From Eledone cirrhosa (taxonomy: Eukaryota): DNA of 64,000 nt. The notes beneath the pieces are model-generated. The model saw only the letters and a list, made by a program, of their open reading frames with translations. It ran no database searches and had not been told where the DNA came from. Positions 38,987-51,153 of the stretch are shown here, one piece after another (the stretch's first letter is position 1; the number at the start of each line of letters is the position of its first letter). The stretch spans positions 422,778,001 through 422,842,000 of the forward strand of contig OZ024740.1 in the NCBI GenBank assembly GCA_964016885.1, read 5' to 3'. A program made the translations under genes and the position numbers.

Positions 38987-39624
38987 TATATATATATATA
39001 GTAGAATAATCGAGTATCGAAAAATCGGCGTACGAGTTCACGATAAACAAAATTCGAGATGAGCGGCAGAGGGCTCTATAATCAAATAAATCAGAGCTAT
39101 AACTATCGTTAAAATACCGTCACACGTAGAATATGTCTACAATCAACCAAATAACCGAAAAATTCGATATGGAAGATTCGGGACACTCAGATAAATTATC
39201 AATAAATCAATAAATGAAATGAATGTAAAAAGCATACCCGGACCCACTAGAGAGATGGAATATCTAGCTTCTTGGGTTTCTGTAAATCCTTAAACCGTCA
39301 TCTATCAGCTCACATAAAAATATAAGACTTACAGACAAACGGGGGACTGGAGTTACTTCATCAACGAGCTTTGTCCGAATGGATGAAAAGACAAGACCCA
39401 GGCTAAAAATACGCACATGATATATAGTTATACTTGGGGAGGGTCATATTTGTGTAATAATATTGCCAGAATTAATAACAGAACACACTCACTGTTTGGT
39501 TGGTTTTCGCTTCTGTGTCTTTTATATCGGTTAATTTAATTTATTTGGTCCTCAATGTTGCTATTGACTGACCAACGGTCAAAAATACAGATATAATATA
39601 GACACAAACACATATATATAGTCT

Positions 39625-39667
39625 ATCAAAGATCTTTCGTTGCACATCTGCAACATCGTCAGTGTTG
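39625..39667 (-). ncRNA. Hammerhead-like motif in the PLE pseudo-LTR; inverted copy at ~41018-41060 (+)
   Basis: CTGACGA-T-GTTGCA GATG TGCAAC-GAAA-GATC-TT. Stem I is weak. Confidence 0.6.
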
Positions 39668-40097
39668 CTATTATGTTTCCTCCCGTTGCATTGTATGCTT
39701 ACGCCATCTTTATTTAGTGTTTATTTATTTATTTATTTGTTTATATTTTTTTTTTTTCGTCTTCTCTGCGCATGCGTTTGTGTATAGTGTTTTGTTTGAT
39801 GTGTGTTCTTGTTTGGGTGACTGTGTATTGGTTAATGTATTCTATCTTAGTTTACTAGTGTGTGTTTATATGTGTTTGTTGTTATTGTGCTTGTGTATGT
39901 ATGTATTTATTTATTTATTTATTTATACTTCTCTTAGGTCAGTGTTGTTTGTTTGGGTGTTGTTGTTATTCCATTCATTTTTTCTGTTTAGCCTTGGCCT
40001 TCTAAGTTCTATTTCACTGGCCTCTCTGATTTGCCTATCTGCTGGGTCATTTCTATGTTTAGATATTATTCTAATTTCTATGTTGTCTATGTTACCG

Positions 40098-40980
40098 TCA
40101 TGTTGTCTGGCATGTTCGTATAGTACTGAACCGTTTTTTTCGTCCTTTTAGTTCCCCCCAGTGTTGGTCTATCCTTTCACCTATGCTACGAGCTGTCTCG
40201 CCTATGTATGTTGTTGTCATGTTTCTGCAAGTACCCTCTGTACATCTTATGCTATAGACGACGTCCCTAGTTTTACAGTTTATCCGGGGGTTTACTCTAC
40301 ATATGATACATTTCCTATTAGTACAGTGGGTTTTCTTAAAAGGGTAGGTTTTGCTGATCAGGGATTCTATGGTGGTTCCTGGCTTTTCTACCACCTTAAT
40401 CTTTAAGTGGGTCTTTCTCAGGGCCTTTCTACACTGGTTAGCTAATTTCCCTCCAGGGGTAGCATCCACGAACATGACACTCTGATATCTCTGGTTGTCG
40501 TACCATGAGGTGGCTTTCCCTATCTTATGTCTAGTCCTATCTAAGCTATTCCATGATTTGCTCCTGTATAGTGGGCAAATTCCTTTCATGTCCAGTTCTA
40601 TGAGGGTCTTATACTTCTCCGTGGCTCTTTCGTATACTCTGACTCTGTCTCTTTGGTTGTAGCCAGAGAACTGCATGCGGTTGATGAAGTGTTGGATGTG
40701 TCTTTCCATTTTTGTTGGGTTGCGCATGCGGGACATGTTCTTCATCACTCGTACCAAGTCTGCGATCAGAATATTAAACTTAGCACTACTGGACATTGCT
40801 GAGTTTTTGAGTATCAGGTATTTGGAGGCCATGGGTTTAGCATAGTGTGAGTGGAGAATTTAGGCTCTCTCGTCTATAGCGTTAATCCAGAGTTCCGTGT
40901 CTAATTCAGGTAGTCTATTGTTAGGATGTTTAGTTACAGTTATATTCTGGTGTATGGAATTAGCTATCTGCTGGATGCTT
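40098..40980 (-). pseudogene. Penelope-like RT thumb and GIY-YIG endonuclease, disrupted
   Basis: RLPELDTELW...HYAKPMAS...SGY, Cys cluster CTNRKCIIC, then VVYSIRC...YIGETARSIGERIDQH. Confidence 0.85.
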
Positions 40981-41307
40981 TCCGTAAGCATACAATGCAA
41001 TGGGAGGAAACATAATAGCAACACTGACGATGTTGCAGATGTGCAACGAAAGAACTTTGATAGACTATATATATATGTGTTTGTATCTGTATTTTTGGCC
41101 GTTGGTCAGTCAATGGCAACATTGAGGACCAAATAAATTAAATTAACCAATATAAAAGACACAGAAGCGAAAACCAACCAAACAGTGAGTGTGTTCTGTT
41201 ATTAATTCTGGCAATATTATTACACAAATATGACCCTCCCCAAGTATAACAATATTTGTTTCGACACACGATTTCATATAAAAAACCTCGCAAAACTATA
41301 TATATAT

Positions 41308-41643
41308 ATAATATAAAATCAAAAGATGGTTAAAAGAGTTCCATGTATTTTATTATGCGCATTTCAAAAACAAATATCATCATGGGATGATATTTGCGTT
41401 CTCATCAGATAAAATAGGGAGACATGATATGAAGCTTAAAAAACACTTGCGAGCAGTGAAGTGTTAAATCAACATATGTTGATTTAACACTTCACTGCTC
41501 GCAAGTGTTTTTTAAGCTTCATATCATGTCTCCCTATTTTATCTGATGAGAACGCAAATATCATCCCATGATGATATTTGTTTTTGAAATGCGCATAATA
41601 AAATACATGGAACTCTTTTAACCATCTTTTGATTTTATATTAT
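41308..41643. repeat. Perfect loopless palindrome, 168-bp arms, formed from a hammerhead-bearing repeat
   Basis: Centre TTAAATCAACAT|ATGTTGATTTAA. The right arm continues into the element end ...AATAAAACTCACCTCCTAC at ~41730. Confidence 0.95.
41535..41605 (+). ncRNA. Minimal type-I hammerhead ribozyme; mirror copy at 41346-41416 on the - strand
   Basis: TATTTTAT-CTGATGA-[GAACGCAAATATCATC CCAT GATGATATTTGTTTTT]-GAAA-TGCGCA-TA-ATAAAATA: 8-bp stem I, long stem II, palindromic stem III. Confidence 0.85.
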
Positions 41644-41752
41644 TTATACTCCAGTCCTATAAACTGTTGAGTGCTACTTATCCGATATTTGCATTGCTTT
41701 ATTGTGCTACAATAAAACTCACCTCCTACATATACATACATATATATATATA

Positions 41753-43200
41753 GTTTTAATATAGATGAGATTCTACAGGACTAGAACTGTTTCATTCTTT
41801 AGAAATCATCAGGAATCTGGGTATCAAAAAATAAATATGGTATTTATAGGCCTCTTCGGGTGGTAGGAGAGGGTAGGGAGTGGGATGGGTAGAGGTCATT
41901 GGTTGATAGAAAAGGGAATTCATTAAAAGCTAATTCTTTAAAGCTATAATTTATATTTAGAGTAACAAAGGCAGAAAGGATTCTATAAACAAGTTCAGAA
42001 TGGGGTGCCACTCCTTATTTTTAAGTTTCTCTTAAGCTAACAATGCCTATATTTCAGGTGTCTATAAGATCATTGGGGGTCAGTCATGGTTGATGGATTT
42101 AAAGAAAAGGGAAATTCTTTAAAAGCTAATTCTTTAAGGTTCTACTTAGTGACAAAGGCCTAGAGAATTCTAACCACCCCAAAAACATCACTGATAACTT
42201 AGTAAAAAGCGTCTCTATTAGAATCTCTGGCCTCTCTGCCAATGAAGATATTTTTAGCGCCTCTGCCTCCTACTACAATGATGCCCTCGCCCGCAGCGGA
42301 TTTAAAGAAAAGATAACCTACCTAGAAACCACCGCAAGACTGCATAGGAGGAATAGGCATAGGCAGATTAGCTGGTACAACCTTCCCTTCAATAGAGAGG
42401 TCTCTACACCGATAGCTAGGATTTTCTTCACTTTGCTGAAAACACACTTCCCCATACAACATAGGTACTACACCATCTTTAATAAGAACACAATAAGACT
42501 CTCCTACTCCACCACACCTAACCTAGCTAGGAATATAGCCAACCACCTCCGAACCCAATCCCCGAACTGGGGCCTTGTGTAATTGCCTAAATAAGGAAGC
42601 CTGCCCACTTGAAAACAAATGCCTGACAAATAATATCGTATACAAATGCGATGTCATCTCAGGCACCGATGATTGCAATAACAAAAAGACTTACATCGGC
42701 ATGACTTCCAATAACTTTAAGACCCGTTGGTATGCCCATACCCACTCCTTCAGAAGACCGGACAAATCAAACCAAACAACACTCGCCTCCTATGTTTGGG
42801 ACCTCAAAAGGAACCCCACCACCTTCACGCTTAAATGGAAAATACTCCAGAAAGCGCGCTCTTACAATGGAAGACACAAGGGCTGCGACCTTTGTATCTC
42901 AGAGAGTTATAAAGTTTTATTCGCCAAGGGCCCGCTACTGAACAAACTCTCTGAACACTGCCCGAACTGCATGCACAAGAACTTTGCAACTTTCAAACAC
43001 CTTAAGCCAGTGTTAAAGCCCAATGGCTAAAAACGACTTCCCCCGTTTAGCCCCTCTACCTCCTTCCCACCCCACCAACACCCCTCCTCGACCTGAAATA
43101 CGGCTACTATGGTTATGTGAGTACCTCTTACCTATCTGCTTTTTCTGCCTGTAGAGCTGTTTTTATGTGCCTGTGTATATGCGTATATTTATTGAGTACT
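41753..43200 (+). mobile_element. Second 5'-truncated Penelope-like element with an inverted terminal repeat at its 5' side
   Basis: 41753-42173 is the reverse complement of 54040-54448, which carries a degenerate hammerhead. The coding remnant follows. Confidence 0.8.
42169..43030 (+). pseudogene. Penelope-like RT thumb/linker and GIY-YIG, frameshifted near 42575
   Basis: SNHP...YNDALARSGF...ISWYNLPFN...IFNKNTIRLSYS, then CNC..CPL..KC..NIVYKCDV...YIGMTSNNFKTRW...H...CDLC. Confidence 0.87.
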
Positions 43201-43253
43201 TATTTGTATATATATATGTTTGTGTGTGTATATGTATGTATATATATATATAT

Positions 43254-43584
43254 ATCATCATCTTTACGTCCGCTTTTCCCTGCTTGCAATGGTGGGACAG
43301 GAACTGACTCTGGCTTGATTTCTACAGCTGGATGCCCTTCCTAACACCAACCTCATTTACAGTGAGTGCTGGGTGCTTTTTTGCCGTGGCACCTCCACGA
43401 CCACTTTGCAGTGGAATGATATGGACCCCAGTCCCTATCATCTCATTTCTACAGCTGAGTAAACTGGAGTAATGTGAAATAAAGTGTCTTGCTCAAGGAA
43501 ACAACACATCACCTGGTCTGAGAATTAAACTCACAACCTTTCGATTGCAAGGCCAATGCTCTAACCACTAAGCCATGTGCCTCC
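43254..43584 (-). mobile_element. SINE family A, full length
   Basis: Reverse complement of 53520-53856. Confidence 0.88.
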
Positions 43585-43585
43585 A

Positions 43586-43620
<35 letters not shown>

Positions 43621-44455
43621 GTGTGTATGTATGTGTATATGTATATTTATGTGTGTGTATTTATATATGTATATATATGTGTATTTATATATGTATATAT
43701 ATGTGTATATGTATATATATATGTGTGTATATCTATATGTATATATATATATATATGTGTATATGTATATATATATATGTGTATATGTATATATATATGT
43801 ATATATATATGTGTATATGTATAAATATATATGTGTATATGTATATATATATGTGTATATGTATATATATATATATGTATGTATATGTGTATATGTATAT
43901 ATATATGTATGTATATGTGTATATATGTATGTATATGTGTGTATATATGTATATGTGTGTATGTGTGTATATATGTCTATGTATATATTTATTTTTATAT
44001 ATATATATTTATATATGTGTGTGTATATATATGTGTATGTTTGTGTACATGTGTGTATATGTGTGTGTGTATGTGTATGTATTTATATATGTGTGTGTGT
44101 GTGTATATGTGTATGTGTGTATATATGTATATATATGTGTATATATGTGTATATGTATATATGTATATATATGTGTATATGTATATATGTATATAAGACC
44201 CGATGCTGAATAAGACCCGTACCACCCTTGCAAGCAGGGAAAAGCGGACGTAAAATGATGATGATGTATATGTATATATATATATGTATATGTGTGTATA
44301 TATATATATATATGTGTATGTATATGTATATATATATGTATGTGTATATATATGTATATCTGTATATATATATGTATATGTATATATATGTATGTGTATA
44401 TGTATGTATGTCTGTATGTGTGTATATATGTATATGTATATATATATATATAAGT
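43585..44455. repeat. (TA/TG)n compound microsatellite containing a short SINE/RTE tail at ~44196-44265
   Basis: Seen directly. Similar tracts at 46900-47138, 50822-51155, 53164-53519, 54520-54580 and 61605-61810. Confidence 0.9.
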
Positions 44456-45179
44456 ATGTACACGTACATATATATATGTACGTATGGATTCACCGAACAT
44501 TTATTATAATGCTCGGTGTGTTTGCAAACAAACATCCCGTATTAAGCCGTAGTGTCTAGCAACCATCGTTACTCGTTTGTTCAACACTGACAAAGGAATG
44601 CTGTACTAGTTTCAAGCTCATTAGCTATCGTCAGCAACGTATACCTTCCTGCCAGGAAGGTATACCTGTGCATGTATGTATATATACATACTACTGTACG
44701 TCTGTATACATATATGTATGTACGTGTACATACTTATATTTAAGTAACAGCCGTACTGGGAGTGGAAATGATATTTCGTTTCATTTTTTCCGTTTATCGT
44801 TTTCGGTGCACCCGGCCGATTAACTCACTCGATATGCAAATTGGGCTACTCAGCCGTTAATATGCATAAGGTAAGTAAGTATATACGTTCAACAATCTGG
44901 CAGGAAGGTATACGTTGCTGACGATAGCTAATGAGCTTGAAACTAGTACAGCGTTCCTTTGTCAGTGTTGAACAAACGAGCGACGATGGTTACTAGACAC
45001 TACAGCTTAATACGGGATGTTTGTTTACAAACACACCGAGCATTATAATAAATGTTCGGTGAATCCATATGTACATATATATATGTGTGCATGTATATAT
45101 GTATATGTATGTACGTGTACATACTTATATTTAAGTAACAGCCGTACTGCGAGTGGGAAATGAAATTTCGTTTCGTTTT

Positions 45180-45182
<3 letters not shown>
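44455..45182 (+). mobile_element. Small non-coding hammerhead element (retrozyme or non-autonomous PLE-like) with an inverted 5' repeat and ~400-bp direct periodicity
   Basis: ~44480-44655 is inverted to ~44897-45070. ~44715-44790 is directly repeated at ~45107-45182. Confidence 0.72.
44912..44954 (+). ncRNA. Minimal type-I hammerhead ribozyme; mirror copy at 44598-44640 on the - strand
   Basis: ACGTTG-CTGACGA-T-AGCT AATG AGCT-T-GAAA-CTAG-TA-CAGCGT. Confidence 0.82.
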
Positions 45183-45217
<35 letters not shown>

Positions 45218-45218
<1 letters not shown>

Positions 45219-46530
45219 GTAGGAGGTGAGTTTTATTGTAGTACAATCCTTCATAACATATACATTTGTTTTTTTTTTACGTTAGAATATTCATCCGCAA
45301 TTATTATTTTTTTCTCTCCATCATCAAACTTTAATATCAATACATTAACTCCCTCTCCTTCTTTTGACGCTAGAATATTCATTCTTAATACATATTAACT
45401 CTTTCTTTGCACAAATTATCAATTCCTTCAATATACAAACCTTAACTTCACATTATTTTTCTCAAATCATCTAATACACAAACCTTAATAATTTTTTAAT
45501 ACATATTAACTCTTTCTTCGCACATATCAATTCCTTCAATATACAAACTTTAACTTCACATTATTTTTTCTCAAATCCTTCAACACGCAAACCTTAATAA
45601 TTTTTTCTCTTCATTAATTTTGAAATTGCCATAATACTTATAAACACACCCTTTTGACGTTAGAATATTCATCCGCAATTATTTTTTTTCTCTCTATTTT
45701 CAAACTTTTTAATCCCTCTTTCCTCGTACATATTTTTTTCCCTTCGTTAATTTTCAAATTCTTTTAATTTATACATTATCTTCCAACGGTTCTCAACCTC
45801 TCTATGTAAAACAATATATCTTTTCTCAGTTATAAAAACTATCTCTTTCTCTCTATCACCCATCTCTCCCTCTCCACTTTCACTCTCATCTCCTCCCCTT
45901 TTTTCATCCTTTCCACCCCCCCCTCTCTAAATAAAATGTTTGTTTTTTCCTCGTACATATTTTTCCCTTCGTTAATTTTCAAATTCTTTTAATTTATACA
46001 TTATCTTCCAACGGTTTTCAACCTCTCTATGTAAAACAATATATCTTCTCTCAGTTATAAAAACTATCTCTTTCTCTCTATCACCCATCTCTCCCTCTCC
46101 ACCTTCACTCTCATCTCCTCCCCTTTTTTCATCCTTTCCACCCCCCTCTCTAAATAAAATTTTTTTTTTCCTCGTACATATTTTTCCCTTCGTTAATTTT
46201 CAAATTCTTTTAATTTATACATTATCTTCCAACGGTTTTCAACCTCTCTATGTAAAACTATATCTTCTCTCAGTTATAAAAACTATCTCTTTCTCTCGAT
46301 CACCCATCTCTCCCTCTCCACCTTCACTCTCATCTCCTCCCCTTTTTTCATCCTTTCCATCCACCCCCCCCCCTCTAAATAAAATATTTTTCCCAATATC
46401 ACACATCAATCTAAAACTACTTTTCATATGTGTTTTTTAGCCTTCATATCATGTTCTCCTGTTTTATCTGATGAAAACACAGATATTATTGCATGATGAT
46501 GTTTGTTTTTGAAATGCGCATAATAAAAAA
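45218..46530 (+). mobile_element. Non-coding pyrimidine-rich element of the 41.5-kb hammerhead family, with three ~220-bp internal tandem units (~45720-46390)
   Basis: Begins with an inverted copy of the family 3' terminus (GTAGGAGGTGAGTTTTATTGTAGTACAAT) and ends just after the hammerhead. Confidence 0.7.
46462..46528 (+). ncRNA. Hammerhead ribozyme motif, same family as 41535-41605
   Basis: TTTTAT-CTGATGA...GAAA-TGCGCA-TA-ATAAAA. Stem II is more degenerate. Confidence 0.65.
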
Positions 46531-46553
46531 AAAATATATATATATATATATAC

Positions 46554-46900
46554 GGAGGCACATGGCTTAGTGGTTAGAGCATTGGCCTTGCAATCGAAAG
46601 GTTGTGAGTTCAATTCTCAGACCGGGTGATGTGTTGTTTCCTTGAGCAAGACACTTTATTTCACATTTCTCCAGTTTACTCAGCTGTAGAAATGAGATGA
46701 TAGGGACTGGGCTCCATATCATTCCACTGCAAAGTGGTTGTGGAGGTGCCACAGCAAAAAAGCACCCAGCACTCACTGTAAATGAGGTTGGTGTTAGGAA
46801 GGGCATCCAGCTGTAGAAATCAAGCCAGAATCAGTTCCCGTCCCACCCTTGCAAGCAGGGAAAAAGCGGATGTAAAATGAAATGAATTGAAAATGATGAT
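46554..46900 (+). mobile_element. SINE family A, full length
   Basis: tRNA-like head, core and RTE-type tail. Confidence 0.88.
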
Positions 46901-47085
46901 ATATATGTGCATACGTGTGTATATATGTATATATGTGTGTATATGTGTATATATGTGTATGTATGTATATGTATGTATATGTATGTATATGTATGTGTGT
47001 GTATATATATATGTATGTATGTATATGTATCTATGTGTGTGTATATATATATATATGTATGTATATATGTATGTGTGTGTGTATG

Positions 47086-47120
<35 letters not shown>

Positions 47121-47138
47121 ATGTATATATATATATAT

Positions 47139-50100
47139 CCTATAATTCTGTCTGGTTGTTTCTAAATAATCTTGTATTTTAAAACCCCATTATTCGCTTA
47201 TTATTACTGTTATATGCTTGTCCAATTATGCCCCAAATTCGAAGATTTCATTTAAACCCTCTCGTAAAATGCCCCTCTAAAATAACAATCTTGTTTGTTT
47301 AATTTTGGCCGAAAATTCTAGGATTTATAAAATGGCCTCATTGTCCCTCTCAATCTTTACCCCCCCCCCCCCCCCCACCCACTGTATCTTATTATTCACC
47401 GGCTTACTATTCACCCTTTCAATCACTTCCTTCTCTCACCAAATATGAATAAACCTGTTACGAGGTACGAATCTCAGAATTTGTCAACGCTTATTAATGG
47501 TCAGACCTCATCGTCCCCTGTGAAGTGTAATGTAAATGCCATTTTTCTTATCTCTCTCCAACCTATCGGTCCATTCATTCATATATCCGTATCATCGCCC
47601 AGAATCCAATCTTTTGCTCTCTCTCAATGCTATTCTATAATTCGGTTTGGTTGTTTCTAAATAATCTTCTTGTATTTTAAAACCCCATTATTCGCTTATT
47701 ATTACTGTTATATGCTTGTCCAATTATGACCAAAATTCGAAGATTTCATTTAAACCCTCTCGCTAACTACCCCATACCCCTCTCACCCGCCCCCACTCTC
47801 CACCATTATTATTAGGACCAATCATAACTCAGCGGCCTATGCTATCACTTCTGGTTGTTTGCCGATATGATGGATGAACTATGGAATTCTGGAGAGTCTG
47901 AAAAAATCTGGACACTCAGTGACAATGCCAAAGATAAAGGCAAATTCACCACATGCTGCCGGACGAAAAGACAAGGACTCCTCCTCTTTGTTTCGGCAGC
48001 GGATGGCCAAGATAACCCCAACCCCATCCCCCTCACCCCTCCCCATGCCCCACCGTTCCCACCTACCAAACGCAATCCAAAACTTCAGAGTTGGTACCAT
48101 GAATGTAGGCACCTTAAAAGGTCGCTCTAACGAGGTTGTAGAAATGCTTGAACGTAAGGAGGTTGATGTTTGCTGTATCCAAGAGACCAGGTGGAGGGGT
48201 GGGTCTGCTAGATTCATTGTGGGTAAAAAAACGATGCTATAAGCTTTTCTGGGTGGGAAATGAAAATTGGCTGGGTGGGGTAGGAATCATGTTAGCAGAA
48301 AAATGGGTAGATAAGATAATAGACGTAAATAGAGTGAACGACAGAATAATTAAAATAAGACTTGTCCTAAATAGAACTACTGTGACAGTAATATCTGCGT
48401 ATGCACCCCAATCCGGACTGCCTGGCACTATAAAAGACAGATTCTATGAGACATTGATGCTCACTACCTCCCAAATAACCGACAGTGACTACATAATTAT
48501 TGCTGGCGACCTAAATCGTCATGTTGGACAACATTGTGATGGCTATGACGGAATCCATGGAGGCTATGGGTTTGGTACTAGAAATGAGGAAGGCTCCAGA
48601 ATCCTGGAATTCTGCGACGCAAATAATCTAACTATCTGTAACACTAACTTCAAAAAACGAGACAATCACTTGATCACCTATAGATCAGGGGAACACGCCA
48701 GTCAGATAGATTATATCCTTACCAGAAGACGTGATAGAGTGTCTGTTGTAAACACTAAATCCCTCCCCCATGAAGAATGCACCTCCCAACATAGACTCAT
48801 AATCAGCGACCTCATAGTCAGGACAAGACGTACTCAACAACAGAGGAGGATTATCCTCAGGAGAAAAATATGGAAACTAAAGGACCCCACAGCCAGTAAT
48901 AAATTTAAAAGCATATTACTTGATGCTTTCGACAGTAAGGAAGAGCAATTAGAGTCGTACAATATAGAGGAACAGTGGGAATTCCTGAAAGCTAACCTGC
49001 TGAAGGCGGCAGATGAAGTCTGTAGCTGGAGCAGGCCTATAGGCAGGAGGAGAGTAACGTGGTGGTGGAACAGTAAGGTGGAGTCAATTAAGGCCAAAAA
49101 GCAGGCTTGGAAAGTATGGCGGGATGGGGGAAATAGAGAAGACTATCAAGTGGCCAGGAGGGAAACTAGGAGACAAGTGTACTTCGCAAGAAGGGAAGCA
49201 GAGGAAAGAAAGTTCAAGCATGTTCTACAACGCGAGGACCAAAAACGTGAGGTGTTCAGGATTGCTAGGCAATGTGTCAAGGAAAACCATGATATTGTCG
49301 GGGAGAAGTGTGTCCTTAATGATGATGGTGTACTTGCCATCACTGACGCTGATAAGGTAGCTTGGAAGTGTCACTACGAAAGGCTACTAAATGAGGAGAA
49401 TAAATGGGAGAAAGACAGTCTCCCCCCACATCGATCCAATAGAGGGCCCAGCAGTGCTAGTTGAAGGTAGTATAATAAGTAAGGCAATCAAAGATATGAA
49501 GATGGGTAAGGCGGCTGGGCCTTCGGAAATAGTTGCTGAAATGCTGAAAGCATCTGGAACTGTGGGACACACTATGGTCACCCGGATAGTAAACCAAGTC
49601 ATACAGAATGGGGCCGTTCCGAAGGACTGGCATAGCAGCATCATCATTAACTGCTACAAGGGTAAAGGGGATGCTCTTGATAGGGGTAACTATAGAGGCA
49701 TTAAATTAATCGACCAGGTCATGAAGGTCACAGAAAAAGTAATAGTGCAACTAATCAGAGAACGAATTGATCTAGCTGAAATGCAGTTCGGGTTTGTGTC
49801 AGGTAAAAGTACCACAGACGCTCTTTTCATTGTACGACAACTACAGGAGAAGTACCTAGCTAAAAGTAAACCCCTATACTTAGCTTTTGTTGACTTGGAG
49901 AAAGCCTTTGACTGAGTTCCCCGCTCCATTATCTGGTGGGCGCTTAGAAAACTAGGTGTTGATGAATGGCTTGTGAGAGCTATACAAGCCATGTATAAAG
50001 AAACAGTCAGCAAGGTTAGAATTAATAGCGAATATAGTGAAAAGTTTAGCGTAAAAGTTGGTGTTCATCAGGGCTCCGTTCTTAGCCCCCTACTATTTAT

Positions 50101-50404
50101 TATTGCCCTTCAGGCTATAACAGAGGAGTTCAAGACCGGCTGCCCATGGGAACTCCTATATGCAGATGATCTAACGCTCATAGCTGAATCAATGGCTGAA
50201 CTAGAGAAGAAATTCCAAACATGGAAGCATGGCCTAGAATCAAAAGGCCTTAAAGATAACTTGTCTAAGACTAAAGTTCTAATATGTAGGAAAGAAAATA
50301 GGGCACTGGTCCCATCTGGGAAATGGCCATGCTCAGTGTGTAGGAAAGGAGTAGGCAGAAACTCCATTTTATGTCCCAAATGCAAAGTGTGGGATCACAG
50401 GTAA
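47139..50404 (+). mobile_element. RTE copy retaining its 5' end; frameshifted and 3'-interrupted
   Basis: ORF pieces 47874-48242, 48148-49464, 49391-49915 and 49973-50404 are colinear with the intact ORF. The sequence breaks inside the PHD-like finger. Confidence 0.9.
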
Positions 50405-50823
50405 GATATCTTTTCTCAGTTATAAAAACTATCTCTTTCTCTCTATCACCCATCTCTCCCTCTCCACCTTCACTCTCATCTCCTCCCTTTTTTTCATCCT
50501 TTCCACCCCACCTCTCTAAATAAAATATTTTTCCCAATATCACACATCAATCTAAAATTACTTCTCATATGTTGATTTAAAACTGCACTATCCACAAGTG
50601 TTTTTTAGCCTTCATATCATGTCCTCCTGTTTTATCTGATGAAAACACAAATATTATTGCATGATGATGTTTGTTTTTGAAATGCGCATAATAAAATACA
50701 TGGAACTCCTTAACCATCTTTTGATCTTATATATTATGTATACTCCAGTCCTACAAACTGTAGAGTGCTTCTTATCCGATATCTGCATTGCTTTATTGTA
50801 CTACAATAAAACTCACCTCCTAC
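50405..50823 (+). mobile_element. 3' part of the hammerhead-bearing element (ribozyme motif 50628-50698), joined to the broken RTE
   Basis: Matches 46260-46528 and 41470-41730. TGTTTTAT-CTGATGA...GAAA-TGCGCA-TA-ATAAAATA. Confidence 0.78.
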
Positions 50824-50940
50824 ATATGTATATATATATATATGTATGTATATGTATATATATATATATATGTATGTATATGTATGTATATGTATATATA
50901 TATATATATGTATGTATATGTATATGTATATATATATATC

Positions 50941-50999
<59 letters not shown>

Positions 51000-51044
51000 A
51001 TGTATATATGTATATGTATATATGTATATGTATATATGTATATG

Positions 51045-51075
<31 letters not shown>

Positions 51076-51153
51076 GTATGTATATGTATATATGTGTGTG
51101 TATATGTATATATATATATATGTGTGTATATGTATATATATATATATATATGT

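Larger units (their letters stand above)
39426..41250 (-). mobile_element. 5'-truncated Penelope-like retroelement with an inverted pseudo-LTR
   Basis: RT C-terminal part plus GIY-YIG on the minus strand. The 3' segment 39426-39703 is repeated inverted at 40983-41250. Confidence 0.88.

Noticed and set aside
39000-39420. Possible additional hammerhead element between (TA)n tracts
   Set aside because: Probably a repeat fragment, but no complete core or coding motif was found, so it is left unclassified.
43575-44559. Tyr/Ile/Val/Cys-rich ORFs (also at 46.9, 50.7-51.2, 53.1-53.6 and 61.6 kb)
   Set aside because: Translations of (TA/TG)n microsatellites. The N-terminal part of ORF 50788-52458 is likewise microsatellite read-through.
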